A stretch of 64,000 bases of DNA from Macrostomum hystrix (lineage: Eukaryota > Animalia > Platyhelminthes), in assembly GCA_950097015.1 (NCBI GenBank), contig CATNEN010000003.1, positions 7,254,001-7,318,000 of the forward strand, in the 5' to 3' direction. The notes below the pieces were generated by a model. That model saw nothing but the letters and a program-made list of their open reading frames with translations, ran no database searches and was not told where the DNA came from. Shown here one piece after another: positions 26,001 to 36,244 of this stretch (the first letter of the stretch is position 1; every line of letters starts with the position of its first letter). The translations under genes and the position numbers were made by a program.

Positions 26001-29000
26001 AGAGGAGAGATGAGAGAAGGGGAAAGATGGAGAGAATGGGAGAGATGAGAGATGGGGAGAGATGAGAGAAGGGGAGAGATGAGAGAAGGGGAAAGATGGT
26101 GAGAATGGGAGAGATGAGAGATGGGGAGAGATAAGAGAAGAGGAGAGATGAGAGAAGGGGAAAGATGGAGAGAATGGGAGAGATGAGAGATGGGGAGAGA
26201 TGAGAGAAGGGGAGAGATGAGAGAAGGGAAGAGAGGAGAGAAGGGGAGAGATGAGCGAAGGGAATAGATGAGAGTTAGGGAGAGATTAGAGAAGAGGAGA
26301 GATGAGCGAAGGGAATAGATGAGAGTTAGGGAGAGATTAGAGAAGGGAATAGATGAGAGTTAGGGAGAGATTAGAGAAGGGAATAGATGAGAGTTAGGGA
26401 GAGATTAGAGAAGGGAAAAGATGAGAGTTAGGGAGAGATTAGAGAAGGGAATAGATGAGAGTTAGGGAGAGATTAGAGAAGGGAATAGATGAGAGTTAGG
26501 GAGAGATTAGAGAAGGGAATAGATGAGAGTTAGGGAGAGATGAGAGAAGGGGAGAGATGAGAGAATGGGAGAGATGAGAGAAGGGGAGAGATGAGAGAAT
26601 GGGAGAGATGAGAGAATGGGAGAGATGAGAGAAGGGAAGAGACGAGAGAAGGGGATAGATGAGAGAAGGGGAGAGATAGAAGGGAAGAGACGAGAGAAGG
26701 GGAGAGATGAGAGGAGAGAATGTAAAAAAAGAAAATGAAGTTTGTACAAGATGGTTTCATAGATGGTAAGATAGACGTGATTAATATTATAAGTACTTAC
26801 CTGCCTGCCGTCTTTAGACAGGAATTCCAAATCGAAGTAGTCAATTTCCAATAGTTTCAGCTTCTTAACAACGGCATTGAACAATTCTTGGCCAACAACT
26901 CGAGACTGAAAATTGATTGATTTGCAATAGTTACGTTAGGATAATAAATCGATGATTTGCATGTTAAATGTGTCAGCAAAAAAACAAATAATTTTCGAAA
27001 TAATGAGATTATGAAAGAACGTGACTTGACAATTAAAGAAAGTTCTTTTGTACGAGTATAATAGTCTGGTTGCAAAGTAAGTGGCAGAACTATAATATTA
27101 ATTGATGAACTAATTGTAATAGTACTTATACGAGCGTATAGACGTTTGTTAGAACAAGGAGCTGTGTTGAATAGGCACCAAATAAACGGTACACTGTTAA
27201 AAGAAACACTTGGTTCTTTTTCTTCGTCGCTGATGCATGAGCAAGAGTTGTTGGGGTGCGCAGTTAGTTGTGCTGCTAAATAATACTTTGCTATCATGGT
27301 CCTCAATAGGTAGAAGAGCAGTAGATGCTTTTCCCTAAATGAAGTCACGCGTGCAGCAACAGCAGCAGCAATGAGTGGTTGCACAATTTTCAGCTTTTTG
27401 TGACTTAGCACTGCCAGAAGAGACAGAGCCAGAAGTGGGCCATAGATGGGATTTCGTGTTGAGTGGGAGAATGAGTGACACTTTGGGGGAGAAAATTTAG
27501 AGGGGCTGAGGGGATTATTGTTGTTGGTGAGAGCTCTGAGAGCATAAAAAACGAGAGTGCTCAGTCGCTATGTCTGAATAAACACTGAATTTTTTTTGCT
27601 GTATTGTCTAAGAAACTTATCTGTGCGAACATGGAAAATGCATCTTCAACTTTAATAATGATGATATTGTTAGCTGTCAAGAAGACCTTTTGTGACACAG
27701 AGAGGGCTGTGATGCGACTGCACCAATAAATGTGGCCTCGCCGCGGAATCGAGCTCGGTGACTTTAGTGCCTGAACAAGCCCTTGAATATTACGATACTC
27801 GAAAAAATTTAAAAAATGTACAAAAATCAGAGACACATTTCAAACGGAACGAAGAGACAACAAAAAGGTACAAAAAACGGGTAAAAACGAACCAAAATCT
27901 TCCTGGAATCAGGATCCCCGCAGACTAAGAGGCGGTTCTTGTATGCGCATTGACAGTGAGCAAACAGCTCTCTCTCTCAGTATAACATTTAACCGCTTTC
28001 AAATAAAGCCCCCATTGTGAAGAGCAATCAAAAATTGCGCTTTCAGGACACGCAACGCAAGTAGACAAGAAAAAATGAAAAAAGACAGTCAGAAGGAACA
28101 GACAAACAGTGGAGCGATCTGAGGAATCCGTGACTTACAAGACTTTTGCTTCCCTGCTCTGCTTGCAATTAACTGGCACGCGAAATGTGCAGATTTGCCC
28201 CTAGACTACGTGACAAAAAAGCACAGAATTTTAGTCTCGTTAGCTAAGCTATACTAAATGAACTTTTTGAATTCGCGCGAAAAAAAACTAAACAAATTAT
28301 AAGAAAACCTAATAGAATTCCAAATATTGATAAGAAGCCCAGATAAAGCTATGAAGGCTATGAAAAATGACACAGATATCGTGTGTGAAATTAAAATTTA
28401 ATGGGAATGTAATAAACAGATGACCTTTGTTAAAACTACAGATAAATGTAAAAACACTTTATTTTTTCATAACTATAGTATGTTTCGCACGAATTCAAAT
28501 TTAACTGTTTGAAAAAAATTGAACTAACTCACTGTCACTGTCGACGTAAAGTTGACGATATTTGCAAGCTCAAAATTTAATTGACAACTAACTAAGCTAT
28601 AATATAATAAAATCATGAAATAAATTTGCGTGTCGACTAGGCATTAGGCGATAATCCGGACTTAATCTATGGAATGACGGACGCGGCAGTGATCAGAATT
28701 AATCCCCTATACTATAATAATTTTTGGTTGTTGCTACACATGACCTTCAGACTGTGTACAATTGCTAAAAGGTCATCACTGCACCATGTCTATTACCCTA
28801 TGTCAAAATTGGAACTCAATTACGTCAGCTCTGATGTCGGAGACAATTTAATTTTATCGCCGATATGTATCGAAAAACATGAAACCTTGGGTTTAGATTT
28901 CATATAAGCGAGTATAAACCACACAAGACGAAAGGCGTAGAGAAGACAAGAGAGTGTGATAGCATAGACTCCTTAAAAAGCACAGAATCATTTGGACTGT

Positions 29001-31250
29001 TTCGATCGAGAAGACACAGACGAGACTGAAACGAATAAAAGCATACCAACTCACTAGACGAAAGAACCCAGGGCACAAGTATGGAAACAGAAAGCCTGCA
29101 TGATGGACAGCCCGGAATTTAACAGAGAAAAATAGACGAACTCCAATCGATCAAAGACGCCAAAAAACGGCAGACATTGTGCATCGCCACTTCTCAATTT
29201 GGGAATTTCGAGCCGTGGGAAATCCATCCCCTATGTGGCACCTTCGCCCTTAACTCCCCTTAAACCCTTCCTTCAGCCCTTGCGAGAATTCCATTGCCCA
29301 GTTTCTTAAATCTTAGGTTGAGACCCTGACAGCGCTTCTCAAACATTCGATTTCCAATAGAGGATCAATGAATAATTATTTCAGTTTAGTTGAGAGACTT
29401 CTATTATGCGTCTGCTTACATGTAGATGCGGCTATTGCGCGTCGAATTCAAAAGGTTGTGTACAGCTGTTCAGTCCACGGACTAAACTAGACACTAAATT
29501 CCATCTAAACTGGCGTTTGTACCCATTTTTCAGCCGGGCGAACATAAGCACAAGGGAATTAACGATATGAATTGTGATTTTCGGATTTGAATGGCTGAGT
29601 TACAAGCTGTCTAGTCAGTAGGCAAACTTCAACCAAAATATTTAACGCTTATCACCATTTTTAGGTAAATTTTAACGACTAACGATTAACTTTCGACAGG
29701 AAATATATTTATCAAAATCGTGTTAACGACTATGAAGTAAACACTTATTGTGCGAAAATGTAACGCCTTTCATTTTAACGATTAGTTCAGTGAATAACGG
29801 TTTAACGATTAATTTTTTAAGACTAACGTCTGGGGCGTCAGCTACGCTAGGATTTTCCTGAGATACTCAAATTTCGTTACTGTCGGCACTAGGCAGCTAA
29901 TTGTATTTCTAAGAACTTCGAACAGCAGAACAATAAAAACTTTTTTCTCTAAGGAACTAATTTTATAACTTGGGACTTAAGCTAAAGTGTACTAATATAA
30001 TCTACTCAGATTGAGCTTCTCAATGGTGTGGGCCTGAGCTGTGTTCGTTCTTAGAAGTATCACGAGTAGGATTTAGTTAGGAGAGGAATTCAATTAGAGC
30101 AGAAAGTTAAAGTGGACGGGCGGACTGACGGAGCAGACTCAAATGAGAACGAAACGATCCGCCGTCGGATAGGAAAGTGAGTGATAGAGTGAGTGAACTA
30201 GCCGGTTAATCATACGGTGGCATATTTTAGGGCCTGTAAGGATTTTATTTTCTTTTAAATCTAGAATGGGAAGCGGATAAGTGCTCGCCGCGGAACGAAG
30301 GGGAAATGTAATGAGCGGTTGGATCGATGCTCCAGCCTCATCGTGCTGCTCAGCCGCTCTAACAGGCTGGGTGAGTTTTCTAGGAGTTAGAATGCTCATT
30401 GATTGCAATTATTAGAATCGTTTTAGTTAAGCAACTAAATTGAATTATTTTATGCGATTTAGGACCTTATTATCTAATTTTAGGACTCCAGATCATCCCA
30501 GATCCTAGATCCCAGATCCTAGATCCCAGATCCTAGATCCCAGATCCTAGATCCCAGATCCTAGATCCCAGATCCTAGATCCCAGATCCTAGATCCCAGA
30601 TCCTAGATCCCAGATCCTAGATCCCAGATCCTAGATCCCAGATCCTAGATCCCAGATCCTAGATCCCAGATCCTAGATCCCAGATCCTAGATCCCAGATC
30701 CTAGATCCCAGATCCTAGATCCCAGATCCTAGATCCCAGATCCTAGATCCCAGATCCTAGATCCCAGATCCTAGATCCCAGATCCTAGATCCCAGATCCT
30801 AGATCCCAGATCCTAGATCCCAGATCCTAGATCCCAGATCCTAGATCCCAGATCCTAGATCCCAGATCCTAGATCCCAGATCATAGATCCCAGATCCTAG
30901 ATCCCAGATCCTAGATCCCAGATCCTAGATCCCAGATCCTAGATCTCAGATCCTAGATCCCAGATCCTAGATCCCAGATCCTAGATCCCAGATCCTAGAT
31001 CCCAGATCCTAGATCCCAGATCCTAGATCCCAGATCCTAGATCCCAGATCCTAGATCCCAGATCCTAGATCAAAGTGCCATGTTTTTCTTACAAATAAAA
31101 CAAAATGGATTAACGCACCGGTACTTGAAAAGAATTGACGGTGTCATCCAGTAGTACCACTTTGACTGTGAGGGTTTTTCCACCGCTGCCACCGCCGCCA
31201 CCGCCGCCTCGTCTTGGTGAAGTTGGCGGGGTTTTTCGGCTCTCAGACAT
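1515..31250 (-). CDS. FARP1: FERM, ARHGEF and pleckstrin domain protein (FARP/Cdep-like), 5' part; 9 coding exons: 31250-31119, 26905-26801, 23924-23803, 23710-23613, 17458-17332, 11791-11548, 3040-2880, 2784-2710, 2011-1515; probably continues beyond position 1
   Basis: Hand-spliced exons all have GT-AG boundaries and compatible phases. They give a complete FERM domain plus FERM-adjacent region (VKVVLLDDT...DYFDLEF...CWLD...VKFYPPDP...TRFLFALQIKRDL...AEIGDF...YGIRLHPAKD.EG...FSWAKVRKLSFKRKKF...FWKKCIEHHTFF...GSTFRYCGRTQKQ), closely matching FARP1/2 and Drosophila Cdep as I recall them. DH/PH domains are not in the window, so the FARP1 vs FARP2 label is nominal. Confidence 0.9.
2078..2632. 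repeat. 29-30-bp minisatellite AAAGTCTCACCCTGAGATTCTTAGGTT
   Basis: ~19 units filling most of FARP intron 8. Confidence 0.93.
2710..2784 (-). CDS. FARP1: FARP-like exon 8 (YCGRTQKQLVEFVRENYVKRPHFDR)
   Basis: attcag acceptor, gtaagt donor, 75 nt; FERM-adjacent motif FRYxGRTQxQ...FxR. Confidence 0.9.
2880..3040 (-). CDS. FARP1: FARP-like exon 7 (GYYKDTVEFYFDSRDECKHFWKKCIEHHTFFRCQAVKLTNRPKSKVVSKGSTFR)
   Basis: tctag acceptor, gtgagt donor, 161 nt; end of FERM-C (FWKxCxEHHxFFR). Confidence 0.92.
3088..3492. repeat. 34-bp minisatellite CTGTCAGAGAAACGCACTACCTGTTTGACAGTAG
   Basis: ~12 near-identical units with a TGACAG-nnn-CTGTCA hairpin. Confidence 0.95.
4378..5225. repeat. 14/15-bp minisatellite GACCATAGAATCTT
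   Basis: Tandem units; source of the MVKILWSRFY pseudo-ORFs. Confidence 0.95.
5900..7275. repeat. 20-bp minisatellite GAGAGGAATGTGGGATAACT with degenerate flanks
   Basis: Homogeneous core 6090-6830. Confidence 0.93.
8480..9130. repeat. 20-bp minisatellite GGGAAGAGGATTAGTAGGAT
   Basis: ~32 tandem units. Confidence 0.94.
9775..11525. repeat. 21-bp minisatellite CTATCTACCTTCATTACACAC with 63-bp and larger higher-order repeats
   Basis: Tandem units that degenerate towards the exon 6 donor. Confidence 0.94.
11548..11791 (-). CDS. FARP1: FARP-like exon 6 (GLTPEDSEYSLLDTARKVELYGIRLHPAKDHEG...SWAKVRKLSFKRKKFLVKLHPEGY)
   Basis: gctag acceptor, gtgagt donor, 244 nt; FERM-C, lies within ORF 11518..11814. 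Confidence 0.93.
11975..12470. repeat. 22-bp-type pyrimidine-rich minisatellite CTCCCACTCAATCTCCCCTTTT(CT)
   Basis: Tandem units. Confidence 0.9.
12476..14955. repeat. 24-bp purine-rich minisatellite GAGATGGAATGAAGGGAA(T/A)GGCCA
   Basis: ~100 units; source of the MKGMARDG / IPFIPSLA pseudo-ORFs. Confidence 0.96.
15393..16482. repeat. 23-bp minisatellite CCCCCAATCTACAGCCGCTCTCT
   Basis: ~47 units. Confidence 0.96.
17064..17297 (-). mobile_element. SINE family A copy, internally deleted, ~35 nt from the FARP exon 5 donor
   Basis: gggccagatgtgcagccgacag...cagtccatggactg plus B box complement gggaatcgaaccc. Confidence 0.82.
17332..17458 (-). CDS. FARP1: FARP-like exon 5 (AEIGDFLEEEYLDTLYLTQLKVLPQPYTEELLKKVMEYHKAHI)
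   Basis: tttcag acceptor, gtgagt donor, 127 nt, FERM-M EIGDF motif. Confidence 0.9.
17535..18351. repeat. 23-bp minisatellite CAAATGACCCCACTACCTGTCCT
   Basis: ~35 units, between the exon 5 acceptor and a SINE B head. Confidence 0.95.
18352..18445 (-). mobile_element. SINE family B tRNA-like head followed by (TTTG)n
   Basis: Reverse complement GGGGGTCGGTGGCAGAGCGGTCTAACGCGTTTGCCTCTCGTGCCAAGG...GAGCTCGATTCCGCGGCGAGGCCACATTTG. Confidence 0.78.
19101..20669. mobile_element. Non-autonomous hAT (Charlie/MER58-like) MITE containing a ~1.4 kb minisatellite
   Basis: TIR CAGGGGTCGGCAAACT at 19101 and its complement AGTTTGCCGACCCCTG ending 20669; perfect 8-bp TSD CTCTACTA (19093-19100, 20670-20677); subterminal GGCCC motifs. 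Confidence 0.92.
19186..20588. repeat. 16-bp TCTCATCTCTC-family minisatellite (CTGTCTCATCTCTCCC) inside the hAT MITE
   Basis: Tandem units with a 544-bp higher-order duplication. Confidence 0.94.
20931..21061 (+). mobile_element. SINE family A fragment
   Basis: ttagcaagacact...gggtgtggcgtccccccagtccatggactgaacagcc. Confidence 0.78.
21265..21966. repeat. 17-bp TCTCATCTCTC-family minisatellite CCCCTTCTCTCATCT(C/A)T
   Basis: Tandem units. Confidence 0.94.
22660..23587. repeat. 16/17-bp TCTCATCTCTC-family minisatellite CCTTCTCTCATCTCTC
   Basis: Perfect 16-mer run 22740-23210, ending ~25 bp from the exon 4 donor. Confidence 0.95.
23613..23710 (-). CDS. FARP1: FARP-like exon 4 (FLFALQIKRDLVNGLLPCAENTMALLASYLVQ)
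   Basis: tttgtag acceptor, gtaggc donor, 98 nt, FERM-M motif; 92-nt intron upstream. Confidence 0.9.
23803..23924 (-). CDS. FARP1: FARP-like exon 3 (CWLDHEKTLPKQCPASIELIFYFSVKFYPPDPHLLEDEYTR)
   Basis: ttccag acceptor, gtttga donor, 122 nt, WLD and VKFYPPDP motifs. Confidence 0.9.
24050..25260. repeat. 22/23-bp minisatellite AGAGAGATAAGGGATGAAGGGGT
   Basis: Tandem units with variants. Confidence 0.94.
25765..26720. repeat. 17-bp (34-bp dimer) minisatellite GAGAGATGAGAGAAGGG, the reverse complement of the TCTCATCTCTC family
   Basis: Tandem units. Confidence 0.93.
26801..26905 (-). CDS. FARP1: FARP-like exon 2 (SRVVGQELFNAVVKKLKLLEIDYFDLEFLSKDGRQ)
   Basis: ttttcag acceptor, gtaagt donor, 105 nt, FERM-N DYFxLEF motif. 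Confidence 0.9.
27720..27775 (-). mobile_element. SINE family B fragment
   Basis: aaatgtggcctcgccgcggaatcgagctc identical to the 18364-18392 segment. Confidence 0.65.
29425..29550 (-). mobile_element. Degenerate SINE family A fragment
   Basis: gctattgcgc...gctgttcagtccacggact...gtacccattt...gggcgaac. Confidence 0.6.
30487..31071. repeat. 14-bp (7+7) satellite CCCAGATCCTAGAT
   Basis: ~41 almost perfect units, 47 bp from the exon 1 donor. Confidence 0.96.
31119..31250 (-). CDS. FARP1: FARP-like coding exon 1 (MSESRKTPPTSPRRGGGGGGGSGGKTLTVKVVLLDDTVNSFQVP)
   Basis: ATG at 31250, 44 codons, FERM-N start motif VxLLDDT, donor gtgcgt at 31118, phase 0. Confidence 0.85.
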
Positions 31251-34200
31251 CAGGCCAGGCAACAAGTGGAGGTGTGTCGCAAAGCCTGTTTGAGTAGCTT
31301 CTTTAAATTGTTCTCAAGCTGCTAAAGCGTCAAACTAGCTAGCCGCCGTCTGAACAATGACGGACAACCCGGAGCTTCAGAAATGATTCAGCCAATCAGA
31401 GTTGAGCCATGCCAGATGCGATATGACAGCTCAAATTCTTGCCATCCGAATTGAGCAACTTTAAATTAGAATTTGATCACTTTTGAAGACGATTTTTCAG
31501 ATACTTTCAGCTGCAACGATTATTAAAAAATAATTAATTAAAAAAACAGAACGTAAAGAGATCAGCAGGTGATCAAGATTTCTATATCAACGTGCACTTG
31601 AGCACTGACTTATTGCCTGTGTCGACGTGCTAGACGAGAACTCTCGACCCGACTGTCCCTCTCTCTCCACCTATCCCTCGCTCCATGCGACCCCTAGTCT
31701 GCTGGCAACTACTAGGGAATGGTTAAAAAATGCCAGCAAACCGGAGACAGTCAAGAAGGGTGAGAGAGAGAGGAAGAGAGAGAGAAGAGTGAAGAGCAAG
31801 CCAAACAAAACTCCGACAGAGCTTTCGCCGAAGATTGGGGCGAAAGGGCTCGGGAGAATGGGGGGAGCTGGGGTGGGTACAGAAAGAGCAAGCGGTCCGG
31901 CAGATACACCAGAGGGGTGGGGAGAGATGGGAGCGAGGCGAACTGTCAACCGCTCTCTCCCCCATTCGACGTACCACCCGACATTCAGCACACGTTTTCT
32001 CTCCACCCCTCTTCTCTTGCATCCCATCCGCCAACTGCTATCCTCTGAAAAAATCCCATTTTCTCTTTCTCGTCCAACAGCGGAGAATCTTATAGATGGA
32101 ATCCTAGATCTTTTCCCCAGTCCAGAAATTCTCTTCACCACAAGGAGGCAGACAGGCGGGCAGGCGAGGGAAGGTGGGACAGATAGATATGAAGACGAAG
32201 AAGGATTCGTTCCAGCCAAGTCGGACTGGAGTGGAGGACCAAAGACTTCTTAAATCTACAAGAGGGAAGGTCTTTGCTAGCCAAAGTCATTTCCTTTCTC
32301 CATCTGCAGGCTAAAAATCCCAAAGTCAGGACCCTTCAGACTAGCCCACCAGAGCTGCATGTTCAACAGGCAGCACACTCTCACTCCTCTCTCTCTCTTC
32401 TTCTTCTTCTTCTCTCGCCCTAGTTAGCTGCCAGCCAATATTCCTGACGGTCGAGGGAGCAAACCAATGGCCAAGTGCAATTAGGCGCCGCACCAGCCAC
32501 TCGCTGCTTACATTTCCTCATTCCGTTATTATACTTGGAAGCCGTTGAGAAAAGAGCCAATACTTGAAAGCCAATCAACAGTCACCAAATACAACAAATA
32601 TTATAATTTAAAACTGAAACAAAAATTAAAGACCTTAATTCATACAAAATTATTAAGTAAACATGCTACTTGAATGTACTATTCTGTACTATCTGTACAG
32701 TTGAAATATAAAGTTAAAAATAAGTTACTGTTTAATTATAATTAAATAATATAATTTATTAACTAATAATAACTACTAATAACTAATATTAACTAATTAA
32801 CTACCTAGTAGTTTAAGTATTCGCTGTAATCACCTAATAACTAACAAAAAGTTAATTCTTCATTTTTTGAATTAAACTTTTGACACATTTTTCTGATATT
32901 TATTTTTTACAAAAAAGTTTTGGGGTTAAAAAACAAAAATTTTTTGTATACAGAAAATTCACTTAAAACAAAGCCACATTTTCAGAAGTAAAGTAAAACA
33001 TCAGCTTACTGATGCAAGTGTATGCATGCATGAAACATTTTCTGCTTTTCTAGAAAAAAACATTCATTCTATTCAATAATTTACTTTTCATATTATGTTC
33101 GAAAATATGTTATAATAATATGTTAATACTGATATTAAATTTGGTAAGTACTCCTAGCTAATTAAAGACCCAATCTTTAAAAAGATGCTTAGACTTGTTT
33201 TGTAGTCTTCTTAACTGAAATTTTTTTTATTTTTAGGTCAACATGTGTAAGTAAAATTGTATAAAACTCTATAGGCCTAAGTGCAAATCATAACTAAGTA
33301 AATATACTTTACTTTACTTGACTTTACTTTACTTTTTACAAAAACAAAAAAGTGGATACATAGGAACAAAGAACAACTTAAGTTAAGCTACCTTTTAAAC
33401 AAAATTTATAGATTTTATAAGAATAAATCAAAGTGTAAGAGTAAATCGAGTAATTAGAGACGATCCTTGCATCTGCTAAGAAACTAATTTGCTAACAGGC
33501 AGCATGTAAAACAGTGGTTGGCTTATGCTTTTTTAGATACTAAAGTAAGACATAGTTTAAATAACATATATTTATTTACCTTGCTTTGTTCAACCATGGA
33601 CAAAAGTCTTGATACGGCACTCATAAAGGAAAAAAATAAAAAAATATAAATGTGCTGATCTCTAAAATAGCTAGCCGCACATGGTAAAGGTGAAAAGAAA
33701 GAGTGGTTTGAAATTAAGATTTTATAAGCACGAATAGGTTGAAATGCTGAAAAGTATAATAGTGACGACAGGCTTAGGCATAAAACGAAGACATGAGTTA
33801 AATAAATAAAGACATTTCTGTTGGATTAGATAAATTATTAAATATAATATGAAGTCGTTGGTTATAAAAACTAAAATACTTAAGAAACAAAACACGAAAA
33901 TAATTTATGAAACTCAAATAAGTGCCATTTGAGTTAACAATTCTTAGAAGTTAAAACGCTTTTTGCGTTATTTTATATTTAACTGTTGTTATCAAACAAA
34001 ATGCACGCTTGATTCGATCGTAGTAGCTTGTATCAATCACCAACCAAGTTCTCAAACTAGCAGCTCGTTATAACGCATTTCGAAATTAAAATATCCTAAT
34101 AACCTAAAAGTAATGTTGTTTTGCTCAGATCCAAAAAAAATTTTAAACAGTCCAGTACAACGAATATCTATATTTTATTATTTTTTTTTCATGTTGTCAA

Positions 34201-36244
34201 AACTGCGTTTCTACAGAATATGCATGTACAATTTGTTCAGTATCTTGTACATGTTACAGTTGTACAGTATATGTACAATTTAAAATGTGTTTACAGTGTA
34301 TGTATTTGATATAAGCCAATTTCGGGGGTAATAGATTTTTAAAGTAACGGAATCCTTTTTGTCAATCCTTTCCCCCTTCCCATGCCCTGTAACTCATCCC
34401 TACTTTTTCCCTGTCAAATTGTCCTGAACTCCCTCTCCCTCCCTTTTAGTTATTTACATGGTTTTCGCCCTGAACTGTCATGTTCAATTGTCATTAGCTT
34501 CTACTGGCATAAATCATATTTTTCCCGACTCACACCCCACGCCACTCTTGTCCCAACCAATCACAGTACGGCAATCTGGCTGTCTGGTAAACAGGTTAAG
34601 GTCGCTCATAGCGATCACGGCATGCGCACGTGAATTGGGCTCTATAAAAAGAAAGGAAGCGGCGCGGCGCGGCGCCCTTTCTAGATAACACCGAACTTTT
34701 AACTTCGTCACATACCCTTTACGTCAACCAAACTTCGAGGCCGTTCTAGCTGGTTCTGTTAGACGAGACCTTCGTCTATCTGGGTTATTACCTTCGTCCA
34801 CCCGATGTATCTGTTCGTGAGAACTTCAACATCTCCGCCTAATCCAGCTGCACCCGGCGACCGTGCCTCTCGAGAGTCTTCTTTAGTTATGTCGATCTCG
34901 GCGCTCCAGGCAAGAGCACACGCTTGAGTTCGCTTCATTCGGCTGCCCCTACATCGGTCCCGCCATAGTCACGCGCTACACCACCCGACCCGGCCGTTAC
35001 CAGACGCATCACGTTTGTTACGGTGAGCCATAGACAGTTACCTGACTGTTTTGTAAAGGCATTTACTTACAAGGTGCCAATTTACTCGTATTAATTATTA
35101 TCTCTCTTACCTTTTCCATCACACGTTTGCGAAAAAATTTTTATGTAACGTTTTATTTTAAACCATAACTTCTAGAAATCTTAATTAGTAGTAATTAGGA
35201 AATTAGTAAGCTAGGACTCATGTACTTCTAATGTACTCTTAAAGTTACGAGCAGTTAGAGCTTGCACACTAATCAACATTGAAGTTGAGCTAGCTTTGAT
35301 CAGTAATTGCGTCATTGGGGCCTGGTGGTTTTGCTCATACCTACATTGTTACGAGTTTCGTAGCTTCGACTGGACACTCTCGATCTTGGCTTGGGCTCTC
35401 GGGCTTTGATGCATCCCCAAGAATTCCCTATGTGAAAAGTGCACTCTCTTTCTAATCGTTCTACTGCCTTAGAATACCTCGCATTAATCCCTATTTTCGG
35501 CCTCTTTTAGAGCGGAAGCCCCGTTTCGTCAGGGTCAGTGGGTTATGCTGTGTGTCCCGTAGATGACTAGCCGCGGTTCTCACAAATCTGATCTTTTCCC
35601 CCTTGGTCCCTGGTCCTGGCCCTCTCAGTCACAACCAAAGCTACCATGCATGAAGTACGTCAAAGGTGGGGGGTAGTCGCGGCGAGATGAAGCCCATTAC
35701 TCTCTATGAAGCCGGTACATCACCTTCATGAGCTGGATGTTAAGAAAGGGCTGGCCAAATCATATTACTTTAAACAGTAACTCATGCGCTTTTTATTCAA
35801 CTGCAACTGGTGACCTTATAAAGTGCAATTGTAGGAATACATGCGTGAATATAAACAGCTAACTGCTGTGTAACGTCATGTGATGATACCGCAGCCTAAT
35901 TACTCGCCTACGTCAACATTCTCTGCAAATGTTCTCTAGAAAATCATTACGCACATAGTATTGACGATGGTACTTCCTCACGAGTAGGAGCTTGTGGTCA
36001 TTTAGCCGTACATTTAATTTGCATGATACTGTTATTACTTTCGTAGAGTATATATAATTTTAGAATTAAATCCTCTGGGAAATTTCTGTTTATGAAGGAC
36101 TAGAAGCAAGTTACACGCGGGAAAATTTGTTTTCATTGAAAGTTAATATTTAACAAAAGTACAAAAGGCATGAACTCTCGAGCATAGTTTCAGAGAAAAC
36201 AAAAATGTTAATGCAAAACATAAATGCTAGTTCCAATAGGTTTT

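Noticed and set aside
31627-32253. 208-aa and 182-aa overlapping ORFs upstream of FARP
   Set aside because: No recognisable domain, non-ATG starts, low-complexity GA/CT tracts; more likely promoter-proximal or repeat-derived DNA.
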